Assembly (NCBI RefSeq): GCF_003918875.1
Contig: NW_025765111.1
Span: 62,001-126,000 of the forward strand
Length of the DNA: 64,000 nucleotides
Source: Haliotis rubra
Lineage: Eukaryota
Reading direction: 5' to 3'
The notes under the pieces are model-generated. The model saw only the letters and a program-made list of their open reading frames with translations, did not search any database and was not told the DNA's origin. Each line of letters starts with the position of its first letter. Within the stretch, counting starts at the first letter, position 1. A program made the translations under genes and the position numbers. Shown in pieces: positions 1-10,247 of the stretch.

Positions 1-473
1 CTAACCTACTCGCACTGTAATAAAATGGTATTTGCTTGTGCGGTTTGTCAAAATGTACATGGGGTAGACCTTGGGAAAATATCATCACAGTTTCGCCAGT
101 CTGCCAGGAATATTTGAACGAGAAAGACCACTGCCCATTAACAAAAACAAAGTGTACGATAACACATATATAACTGACGTCTAAAATGACCATTAAGCCT
201 TGAGGGTAACTCCCACTAGACCCTATTTAACCGCCTTCAAGGGAGATCAACGGCTGACAAAAGGTCCCGGCGGACTATTTCTCACCCGGACGATTTACAC
301 TTAACACCGCCATGAAAACACAATGAGGCTGTGCGTCGTTAAAGGCGAAGCCCCGTGTGTTGTTTAATGGCCATGTGGAGAGAATATTTCCCACCTTAAT
401 CATTCAGAACGGATGATAGCGGGCTGCAGTCTTCCATTCGTCCATTTAATGTGTTTAGTGTTGAAACGAAGTC

Positions 474-1067
474 ATGAGCGACGAAGACGACCCGGGTACA
501 GTGACAGTGTTTTCTGGACGAGGACATGAAATCCCGGAGTTATGGTTGAATAAATTCGAGACTTGCGCCAGTCTAAAGACGTGGTGTGTTAGTGACTCAG
601 TCCTTCAGTTTCGACAACGTTTGGCAGGGAGAGCTGCAGTATGGTATCTGTCTCTTGGCACGTCACAGACTGAAACCTTTGAAACATTGAAACAAGCGTT
701 TCGATGCCACTTCTTTAGAGCTGAGATAGATCCGTATCGTTTACGGTTAGATCTTGAAGCCAGGCAACAGGAACCGGACGAATCTGTGGAAAGCTATCTC
801 CATCACAAGATGGTATTTTTGTATCAGTCCAATAAGCTGGATCCGGAATCCTCAGAGGCTATAGACCTAATATATAATGGATTCCACCCCGGACTTCAAG
901 AACGCTTGTGTCGAGATAATATCAGCACTTTACAGGACCTACAAATATGTGCAAGGAAAAAGTATGCGGAACTTTTCAAACCTTGTGGCAGAGTAGTAAG
1001 AAGAAGAAACCATCGGACAAATTCATTTGAAGGAGGTAAGCTTTCGTCATTTAGACCTAACACTTAG
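474..1067 (+). CDS. Ty3/gypsy-type Gag capsid (CA) ORF, 197 aa; exon 1 of the Gag-FYVE model ends at 1035
   Basis: Motifs FSGRGHEIPELWLNKFE, LAGRAAVWY, TFETLKQAFRCHF and the MHR-like QQEPDESVESYLH match retrotransposon Gag CA. No CCHC knuckle, protease or RT follows. Strong donor GAG|GTAAGC at 1035/1036. Confidence 0.85.
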   Translation: MSDEDDPGTVTVFSGRGHEIPELWLNKFETCASLKTWCVSDSVLQFRQRLAGRAAVWYLSLGTSQTETFETLKQAFRCHFFRAEIDPYRLRLDLEARQQEPDESVESYLHHKMVFLYQSNKLDPESSEAIDLIYNGFHPGLQERLCRDNISTLQDLQICARKKYAELFKPCGRVVRRRNHRTNSFEGGKLSSFRPNT

Positions 1068-4000
1068 GTAAGAATTCATGTTTACCCTTAGCCTAACCAT
1101 ATGTTTAATAGGTCATTGATAAATTTTCAAATCAGTTTTAAACGAGTTTACAAACATTCCTTAGCTTGTTAGTTAGGTAAAGGTATGCAGTCAGAGAAAA
1201 ATGTTTCCAAGACGTCTGTGGCGCTAAAAGTTCACTGTGCAGAGTTGCGTATCTTTGTCATGCCAGGATGGTCTTTTCATTGGCTCAGATCCGGGATATG
1301 TCCTCGTATGGTCTTCATGTTATTAACACTGTATTAGTGAACATATTTATCAGGGATATGGTAAACGTGTACTTGCGTCCCTCCGTCCTGCATGTCCGCC
1401 GGCAGTCTACTAAAATACTGCTGAAAGTGGCTTAGAACACCCCTTACCCCTTAGAGTGGGTATGTGGGGTTTAGGGGAATAGTGTTCCAGGAATGTCACA
1501 ACATGTAAAGTTAAAGTGGGCGAAAACTCGAAGTGGCGTATGTTTGCGACGTTTACCACGTATAATCCGTGGGTACATATAGAGCGAGCTGGGATTCGAA
1601 GCCAGAGTCCTAGGTTTCCTGTGTGGCGCGACATTGCACAGCGAATTCCTTCGTCTTAGACGATTGAGCCACCCGTGTTCAGTTATCCATTAGACGTATC
1701 CATTGTAACGTCATATCGACGCCGTCAATTACCTTCATGGACCAGCACCCTGATGAGGCACGTTTATTTACCCATAACCACTGAAAACTACATAAAATAA
1801 CTTTTGAAGTTACGTCGTTTGAATGAAATTTTATTTCTGTCACCATGTTTGAGCGACATATTCCTGTGTGTACAGACAACGTCGTGACTGGCGTGACGGG
1901 CGGGAACATACACACTGCCAACACCGCCGGTAGTGTCCGGGGCGGCATGGGAAACACCAACGTCATCTACATGTACGGTATGTGCAAATTGTAGTTGGTG
2001 ATCCGGCGTAGGTAGGAACCCGTACTCCGAATGCTTCTCATACGGGCAAGTTGAGGATTGGGTGGTCAAAATGTATGCATTGCATTCATTGTATTGATGA
2101 AACTGTAAGGATCATTTTATATGGTAGCAAGTTTAGGTTTGCTTCGTGCAGACGCGATTAATAAAGACGTTCGTTACAAGGATTGAACGCCGCTGACTTA
2201 TAGTATTGATTATTGTGAGGTTATTAATTTTGTTTTCCAATGATTATATCCATACTGTTCTTTGTTGCTTAACTACAACATACGTTGTACAAAACAACCA
2301 ACATGTAAGCCTGCGTAAACAATGGAAGTTACGATCATCACAGCGCTAAGATACAGGCCCCGTTCCTCAAAGCGATCGTAGCGCTACGACAGTCGTAAGT
2401 CTATGTTAAAGTATGGGAGTTACGATTATCTTAGCGCTACGATCGCTTTGTGGAACGGGGCCCAGGGCTTCAATTTTTTTTTAAAAACAGTAACTTGTCC
2501 TGACTATTTTTCCACTTGCCCTGATTTTATGAAATAATCATGATGATGTAATTATGAAAGAATAAATCAACATGGTATTTGATGTTAATGTTTACTGGAC
2601 TATTTATTGAAAAGTGATAAATAGCAAAGAACGATAACTCTACTTTACTATCATTGTGAAATTTAATAGCTACATTTTGAGCAGATATGAAATTCAATCC
2701 AAGTTTATTTGCAGGTTGAAACCATAAATGGAAATTATCTAGTAGCCCACGGACAAGTAAGATACCATTATTTGATTGCCCGAAATGAAAACTGACTTGT
2801 CCCGGGCACCGGGCGATGGGATTTTATAACCCCTGAGATATCTTGTGCAACGGCTCTCCGATTCCTTTTTCCAGAATTGGTTAATCATTTGTTCTATTTC
2901 TTTAGTCTACCAAGTGATGTCTGAAGATGTGGCAACACTGCTCTGCTCTTGTATTGGAAGTATTGGTGAGTATATATTCTGTGGATTAGTTGAACATGCT
3001 TTTGGTGGTTCTCACATAATATATGCTACATGACGATTAGCAAGTTCCTTGTAATTGTGTTCGACGTTGCCAATAGAACCTTGACGTCATATGACCCCAG
3101 TGTCTCAGATGATAAGATGCCGTTATCATCATGCCGTGTTACGATGTTATGTTTTATGTGAAGTTCCAATTCAAGAGGGGCGGTGGGGTAGCCTAAATAG
3201 TGGTTAAAGCTTTCGCTCGTCACGCCGAAGGCCCGGGTTCGATTCCCCACATGGGTACAACTTGTGAAGCCCATTTCAGGTGTCCCCCGCCGTGATATTG
3301 CTGGAATATTGCTAAAAACGGCGTAAAACAATACTCACTCAGTCAGTCAGTCAGTCCAATTCAAGAGGCAATGACAGGATATTACTAAATTAATTTACTT
3401 GAGACAGAAAATTCTTTATTCCTCTTACCTTGTAGATGATAATCTAAATAATACTCGACCTATGATCATATATCATGCATATGTGTAACTACAGGTTTAA
3501 TTCTCCTGTCGAAGTTTTGATGATTTCGTCAAAGAACAGCAGCACTTGGACTGATGTCAAACAGGAAATATTTACTTACATGGTACAATGGATGCACCCG
3601 TGACCACTAGTGTACATATATGTGCAGCCCTATTCCTCGGATTCATTATATACACATTTATCTCGACTTGCACAGCAATGTCGGTTACCCTTTTGTCAAA
3701 ACCGGTCCCGTGCTGTAGGTTTATTTTTCTATGTTAAACTGGACCACGCGCGTCCCAAGTAAGAACGTACCATCAAGAGTTACCTCCCTTGTTTGCTTTG
3801 CTTGTAAACAAACGACGATTCCAGATTAAACGGATATTGACAATGAAGCATTTCGTTTGAAGCTTTCAAATCGAAGCAGTTCACTTCTAAATGAAAAGGG
3901 CGAGAATGAACTTTTCGAAGATTTTGATCAAGCCACTTTGTATGTTATTCCAGGAACGGATGAAGAAACGGATGAACCAGGCAATAGAAACCCTACATCT

Positions 4001-7000
4001 ACAATCGACTCCGAGGGTGAGTAGATAAATATCTCAAAATGTTTTAATTAATGGTTGTATGTAATACACCTTCATTTCTGTTCCTCAAAATGTGCAACAC
4101 TGAACGTTTGAGCTGCAGGAATAAAGCTCTACATTGAAACAAATCTTACGACTTTGGCATAGATCACAACTACAAAACTATTTATTTACTTATAAAGATT
4201 TAGAAATGATCGTTGACAATATCATGAATTCAGTAACATTGTTCATCTACAAGTTGTTGACACTAACCCCGCCTACCCTTTTATCGGAACTCACTAGTTG
4301 GCTGCAGTGTGCGAAATAGCCACTGGCCCGCTAGCCTGTGGTTAGGAAAAATCCAGTCGGGTCAGTAAATCTCCACAGTCACTGGCCAGACTGGCTAGTG
4401 AATTTTCATGGGGTCATTTTGCAAATATGTCACTCTCTCCGATTTGTTAAATTATAATACAATTTTAAATCATGCAAGAGTATGGCCTGATAAAAATGTT
4501 CATCATATTAGCAGCTTAATGATGAAACCCGTGTCATGCCGTCAATATCTTATTCTCATCTATTTGTGTAATCCTTTGCTTAGTTTCTGCATTCAACTTT
4601 TGGGCTAGTGAATTTTTTTGTGGGCTAGTAACTTCCAGGCATAGCTAGCCCGACAGGCGAACAAAATTTGGAAACTATTTCGCACAGTGGTTGGCTGTTG
4701 GCGCGCCTAATGCATCTGGGTTTATGGAAACATATCATAAGTTGTTTGGTTAGCTAATCAAATGCCATGGAATCACCTGGAATTTCAATAAAACTGTATG
4801 GATGCTTTTTGTTTACGATTTAGTACTCTTAAACTGCCAAGGTAGGTTAGATTTTCCATAAATATAGTTAAAGCATCCATGTTTTATGTGATCAGGCATA
4901 ATATTTAGCGCAAATAAACGCACGCATTAAGGACTCTGAATAGTATTATGTTAATTATGTTTCAGGTAAGGAGCGGCTTGTGGACGCCCTGTTAGGTAAG
5001 TAAATCATGATTTTAGAATTCTAAAATAACAAATGCAGTATTGATGCCAACTGCGTCCACTCTTTACAGGATTTAATTCCCCTTGTCAATGTCGCACGAC
5101 TGATAACGACAAACCCTATATCCTGCCGCCTGGGCCTCTACAATTGGTAGCAGAGGAAGTGCACCCCCATGCCCATCCTCCTCTCCCCCTCTTCTTCAAA
5201 ATGCTGGATCCGCCCCTGCATAACAACTAAAGTTTAACGTTTCCTCTTTGAACTGTTGGAGAGAAAATGAAGTTTTGCTACTTTAGTTTCTAATAAGGAC
5301 AGCCGCGAGATTGAGAAATGGGAACTATATGCTTCTAGATAGAATCCAAAACAGCAGAAAATAGGATTCACTACATGCACTTTAGACTAAGGCTTAGTCT
5401 CTGAATATATATTATTTTGGCAGTAGGGAAATTAATGTGGTTCAGGGACTGTGAGACAGACTACATGCACTTGTACAATTTGAGCTACATTCTCATTGAT
5501 GCTATCTCACTGAGCAGGACTGAAAGGCAAATTCAGCTGCTGGCAACGAACGGATGTAGCAGAAGCGTAACATGGTGGGAGACGCTGTGCACTGACCCTG
5601 GATTTGAAGTGAATATCACAATAACACGTGTTATTGACACCAATCACACCAGCTGGTTTGGTCTATTATTATTGGAAAATTTAACACTATATTTTCAGTT
5701 TGCTTTCAGAAAGACGTGTAAGTGTCCTCTTTAAACCAACTGAAATAATGTCTATACGTTGTCGATGTTTCAGAATCTCTCAGTGATGGGTCCTCTAACA
5801 TCGTGATCCGTAAGGGTGGTACCAATGAACAGGGTGATCGGCCTCACGGTGGTGACTTAAAAGGTTCGTATGTTGAATACCACCCGTAAAGATTCGGGTT
5901 AGAATTGATCTTCAGTAACCCATACTTGTCGTGAGAGGCGACTAAGGGGATCGGGTGGTCAGGCTCGCTGACTTGGTTGACACATGTCATCGGTTCCCAA
6001 TTGCGTAGATCGATGCTCATGCTGTTGATCACTACATTGTCTGGTCCAGATTCGATTATTTACAAACTGCCACCAAATAGCTGCAGATTGCAGCGTTAAG
6101 CAACAAACAAATAAATAGCTGAAATATTGCTGAGCGCAGCGTAAAACTAAACTCACTCACTCAATGTTCAATACCAAAAAACAAAAGGTAACTTGGTAAG
6201 TTTAGACAAGTAATTTGTATGCTGAAATTATATTGATAGAAACACAACGGGCAATACATTGCAGTTATAACTCGAATATTTGGATTAATAGATTATTAAA
6301 GATGCCAGATTGCATTTTGTAAATAAGTCCTTCCGTTAATGACTGCCATCATTACATTGACAAACTGTCTCATTTTTACTACTTTAAAAGGTATTATCTC
6401 AGGTTAAAATGTCTGTACTTGGACTGACGTGGAAAATTTCATAATAGAAATCGTCCTGGATGTACATATTCAGTATGAGCTTTATTGCAATATTTATTCA
6501 ATATTGCGTCTTCCATCTTACAAAATTAAATATTTGATTCATGTTATTCTTTTACCATCCACTGTTCCCAGTAGACAACAGTACATACTGCTGCCATACT
6601 GTCAACAACATTCCAAGTCTAAAAATAATGAAATATATTCTTTGAGAATTCTAAATATGCCTAACCCGTGAAGATCCGGGTTAGAATTGGTCTTCAGCAA
6701 CCCATGCTTGTCGCAAGAGGCGACTAAAGGGTTCGGATGGTTGGGCTCACTGACCTGGTTGACACATATCGTCGTATCCGAAATCGATGCTCATGCTGTT
6801 GATCACTGGATTGTCTGGTCCAGACTCGATTTTTTATAGACTGACGCCATAAAGCTGGAATTAGGCTGAGCGTGGCGTAAAACTAAACTCACTCACTAAA
6901 TATACCTAATATGGGTTATAAATTCGACTAATTGGTCTTCTGACTATTGTCGCTGCACACTGCAAAGCGACACCTGTCGATCGATGGATGAAAAAACATA

Positions 7001-10000
7001 TATCATAAGTGGACCAAATAGGCCTAGAGACAAACTGACACGTGTTTCTCTTTGTTTCCCTTTAAGTTTGGATGTACACTTTAGCGTCATGACTACTTAA
7101 ATGAGTGAGTGATTGTGGTTTTACGCCGCTTTTAGCAATATTCCAGCAAAACCAGAAGTGGACTTCACATATTGTTCCCATGTGGGGAATCGAACAGGGT
7201 TTTCGGCGTTGCTAACCAACGCTTTAACCACTAGCCTACCCACCGCCGTACTTGAATCAAATAAGGCTCCTTATTTCAGACGCTTCCATCAATGATTCAT
7301 TCAATGCTGATGCTGATCATGTCGACGAAGACCTACCATTCCGCTTTGAAGATGAAAGTTCGTATGTCATGTTTTTATATATACAGTGGCCCAATATTTT
7401 CACGTAAATTGTCCTTCAATTCGGTGATGGGTGATAAATTAGTTTGCAATCGGAATATCCCATATTTTTATATATTTTCAACCGGAACTGATTTCAAGAA
7501 TTATTTAGAAAATTAGTAAACTAAGGTAAACATAAACCATTAACGCCAATAATCTCAATTGATCTTGAAAGAAAATGTCCCCAGTTTGCCTATTACAGTC
7601 CGTTTGAGTCAGAAACGGACCGATGAATTGCAAATTTTATCATTGTACAAAATTGCCACATAAATATAAATAGTACACATGTTTATCATTTACTAATACC
7701 CAACAGCTTTTTTTATATTTGAAAATTTTCCGGACTCTACCAAAAAAGTTGTTTAAGAAACTATCATCATTGAAAACTCAAACGGACTGTACGTCCTGTG
7801 GAATCCATTTGAGACTGATGTCGTTTTTCTAATGGAGTTGAAAGAATACACTCTTTTGAACTCAATAACATATAATAGTCGTAATCCTTACCAAGTCCGC
7901 CCCATCCAGGCATCCCGAAAGTGTTCTATTTGTCATTATTGAGTAACTTTAATGCTTGCCATAACATACAAAAAGGTGGGTGAGTGAGTGAGTTTAGTTT
8001 TATGCCGCACTCAGCAATATTCCAGCTATATGGCGGCGGTCTGTAAATAATCGAGTCTGGACTAAACAACCCAGTGATCAACAGCATGGGCATCGATCTG
8101 CGCAATTGGGAACCGATGACATGTGTCATCGAGCCTGACCACCAGGTCCCTTTAGTCGCCTCTTACGACAAGCATGGGTTACTGAAGATCAATTCTAACC
8201 CGGACCTTCACGGGTCACATACAAAAAGGCTATGTGACGCCGGTAATCCGTCTCAGTGCTTATTAAATGCAATTGATTATCACTGATTATCATTGAAGAT
8301 CTCCGTTATTGATTGATCGAACAGATTCATATCCCAAGTTCACGGCCGAGCTTAACCGGTGTGTTAAAGACATCCACAGTTTGCTGTCCAGCACCAAGGA
8401 AGATGAAGAGAAAAATGCACCGATTGATGACACTTCTGATACAGATAAAAGTACGTACAGCTGACTCGCCGAACAATATCATCTTAAATGTTCAGCAAAA
8501 CCGCATTTGCAATGGTATGTAGTACCCTAGGTCTCTGTTGATCACAGGGTTTGTGGCGGCGAATTTCGATGACTTCAAATGGTTTCTTTTCGTGAAGTTC
8601 TAGTTCTCGAAATTCGCCGCCACAAGCCCTTGATCAACAGAGACCAAGGTTACTACATACGGCCTACGAAGAATTTACCAAGCTGTAAACTATCACAGCA
8701 CCCAACCAGCATGTTTTTGCTACTTAATTCCTCCTGTTTTTTAGCTTCGTCGCCTTCATCACTTGGTTGTAGTCCCTTTTATCTTGAAACAGTGTAAGGA
8801 TCTACACCGAAACGTTCCACTAGGCTATAAGCAAAAAGGTGTAATCTTCAAAGTTGTATGCTTCCTAATTTACTAACTGCGTTCATCTACCAGGGTCAGA
8901 ATCGGATACGAGAAGGAGAACGGATCCAGTATCGGTGCCGGACGACCAGGCTCCTCGGTGCATGCAGTGTTACGTCAAGTTTACTGTTTTTAAACGAAAA
9001 GTAAGTACACATCTTGACATATAAATTTATAACGCTATTAAGACAAATTTAACAGCAATCTCTTCACCATCAGGCCAGTATCGTTAGCCTGTCCACACGC
9101 CATATATTGTACGAGTGGGTTTGTTAGTTCGTGAGTCGATAAATTAATAGGTTTATTTTAACGCTTCTGTGGACAGTATTCATGTAAATATGTTGCTCGT
9201 GGTCTTGACGTTAGAGGGTGGTGTGGTGCTGACAAACCTATACATATAATTCGATTCTTTTCCAAACTACGATCATAGGTTTCAGTCAATAACTGGATTT
9301 TGTCAGTGTGCATTAAACTCCATTCTGATATGTTTCGTTTTCTCTCCACGATTTGGAAAGTGTGTTCAACCTGATTCATCCTTAGCATCCACCCCAACTG
9401 GAATCACAATGACTGTGATCAAATATCAGCATATACTTACCACTGTAAAAGTGAATGAGTGAGTGAGGTTTACGCTGCTTTTAGCAATATCCCAGCAATA
9501 TCCCTGCGGGGGGACACCAGAAATGGGCTTCACACATTGTGCCCATGTGGGGAATCGAACCCGGGACGTTAGCGTGACGAGCGAACGCTTTAACCACTAG
9601 GCTATCTCACCGCCCTCGCACAGTAAAAACACACAATGTGAAATAATCTTCCGAGAACTGACTGAAAACATGAATTGTTATATGGTAGTGATGCCCGAAG
9701 GCATGCATCATTGCAGTAGTGTTCCTACTTCCACATAGGCTTCCAATTAGTTGTTACTGTAAACAACAGTGCGTTCCCAAAGTGTTTCAGCAGATATAGT
9801 ACAACCAATTTGCAGTTGTGTAATCACCATCTTGAACCTGTGCTGCTGGGTTACACTCATTATCACATCTTCCCTCTGACTGATTTGTAATTAGATCGAT
9901 CAGTTCATGGTTCTGTTTAACCCGAAAACATTTACTATTAATTTTTTATTTTGTATCAATCTTTTTTACCTCCATGCAAGTTCCGATAAACAGCCGTTTA

Positions 10001-10247
10001 ATGATATTTCTGTCTCAATAAATTCAGGTATGCATATTTCGTCCTTATCCATCCAATGATGACTTATTAAAATATAAAATATTTCTTGGAATGTTTGACA
10101 TGTAATTTATCATTTTTCCCAATGCAGCACCACTGTCGAAAATGCGGTTTCGTTGTGTGCAAGACGTGCTTAACAACAGAAAATTCGGAGAAGGTATGTA
10201 AGGCTTGCTACACGGAACCGTCAACTGAATACTTGAGAATTGTCTGA
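474..10247 (+). CDS. Predicted spliced gene: retrotransposon Gag capsid domain + acidic linker + FYVE zinc finger (~406 aa, 10 exons: 474-1035, 1876-1977, 2906-2965, 3954-4016, 4966-4995, 5774-5809, 7280-7361, 8392-8450, 8894-9000, 10128-10247)
   Basis: All introns GT-AG, exon phases compatible (1,1,1,1,1,1,2,1,0), total 1221 nt with no internal stop. The Gag and FYVE ends are recognisable by motif; the small middle exons are called from splice signals and frame only. Confidence 0.6.
1876..1977 (+). CDS. Gag-FYVE candidate exon 2 (DNVVTGVTGGNIHTANTAGSVRGGMGNTNVIYMY); could instead be an alternative first exon from ATG 1845
   Basis: tacag| acceptor, G|gtatgt donor, phase 1-1, GC-richer than its flanks. 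Confidence 0.45.
2356..2462. mobile_element. MITE, probably PIF/Harbinger type
   Basis: 31-bp terminal inverted repeat ggccccgttc(c/a)caaagcgatcgtagcgcta with 1 mismatch; CAG next to both ends. Confidence 0.7.
2906..2965 (+). CDS. Gag-FYVE candidate exon 3 (VYQVMSEDVATLLCSCIGSI)
   Basis: ttctatttctttag| acceptor, G|gtgagt donor, phase 1-1. Confidence 0.5.
3177..3355 (+). mobile_element. tRNA-derived SINE, family A (~170 bp)
   Basis: A box (tagtggttaaagc) and B box (ggttcgattcc), (ACTC/AGTC)n tail, target duplication ccaattcaagagg. Confidence 0.9.
3954..4016 (+). CDS. Gag-FYVE candidate exon 4 (GTDEETDEPGNRNPTSTIDSE)
   Basis: ttattccag| acceptor, G|gtgagt donor, phase 1-1, acidic. Confidence 0.55.
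4305..4689. mobile_element. hAT-type MITE
   Basis: TIR ca(g/c)tgtgcgaaatag and a perfect 8-bp target duplication gttggctg (4297-4304 and 4690-4697). Confidence 0.85.
4966..4995 (+). CDS. Gag-FYVE candidate exon 5 (GKERLVDALL)
   Basis: gtttcag| acceptor, G|gtaagt donor, 30 nt, phase 1-1. Confidence 0.5.
   Translation, partial: VRSGLWTPC
5774..5809 (+). CDS. Gag-FYVE candidate exon 6 (ESLSDGSSNIVI)
   Basis: gtttcag| acceptor, C|gtaagg donor, 36 nt, phase 1-1. Confidence 0.45.
5882..6162 (+). mobile_element. SINE-like repeat, family B (~250 bp)
   Basis: Matches many other copies in the window (acccgtgaagatccgggttagaattg...gctggaatattgctgag...actcactc). Confidence 0.85.
6664..6897 (+). mobile_element. 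SINE-like repeat, family B
   Basis: Full copy with near-perfect target duplication ctaaatat(g/a)cctaa. Confidence 0.88.
7102..7248 (-). mobile_element. SINE family A, internally deleted
   Basis: Reverse-complement similarity to the 3177-3355 copy. Confidence 0.8.
7280..7361 (+). CDS. Gag-FYVE candidate exon 7 (HASINDSFNADADHVDEDLPFRFEDES)
   Basis: ttatttcag| acceptor, TC|gtatgt donor, phase 1-2, acidic. Confidence 0.55.
7596..7789. mobile_element. Tc1/mariner-type MITE
   Basis: TA|CAGTCCGTTTGAGT...ACTCAAACGGACTG|TA: perfect TIR with TA duplication. Confidence 0.85.
7980..8216 (-). mobile_element. SINE-like repeat, family B
   Basis: Full reverse copy; target duplication acatacaaaaagg. Confidence 0.9.
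8392..8450 (+). CDS. Gag-FYVE candidate exon 8 (STKEDEEKNAPIDDTSDTDK); alternative in-frame acceptor at 8380
   Basis: gtccag| acceptor, A|gtacgt donor, phase 2-1, acidic. Confidence 0.55.
8519..8657. mobile_element. Foldback/MITE hairpin
   Basis: ~50-bp inverted arms (gtagtaccctaggtctctgttgatca...ggcggcgaatttcga) around a ~38-bp loop. Confidence 0.75.
8894..9000 (+). CDS. FYVE domain, N-terminal half (RSESDTRRRTDPVSVPDDQAPRCMQCYVKFTVFKRK)
   Basis: xVPD...CxxC...F...RK motif; ctaccag| acceptor; AAA|gtaagt donor. Confidence 0.85.
9451..9616 (-). mobile_element. SINE family A
   Basis: Full reverse copy. Confidence 0.88.
10128..10247 (+). CDS. FYVE domain, C-terminal half and stop (HHCRKCGFVVCKTCLTTENSEKVCKACYTEPSTEYLRIV*)
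   Basis: Completes the RKHHCR signature and three more CxxC pairs; tttttcccaatgcag| acceptor; TGA at 10245-10247. Confidence 0.88.
   Translation, partial: HHCRKCGFVVCKTCLTTENSEKVCKACYTEPSTEYLRIV

Noticed and set aside
3831-3953. 5' extension of Gag-FYVE exon 4 (open acidic frame TDIDNEAF...ELFEDFDQ)
   Set aside because: It contains no ATG, and the upstream acceptor at 3824 would put TAA in frame; not supported without transcripts.
8313-8522. Listed 69-aa ORF frame (CCPAPRKMKRKMHR...) as the coding frame of exon 8
   Set aside because: That frame would put the FYVE exon out of frame; the acidic frame fits both neighbours.
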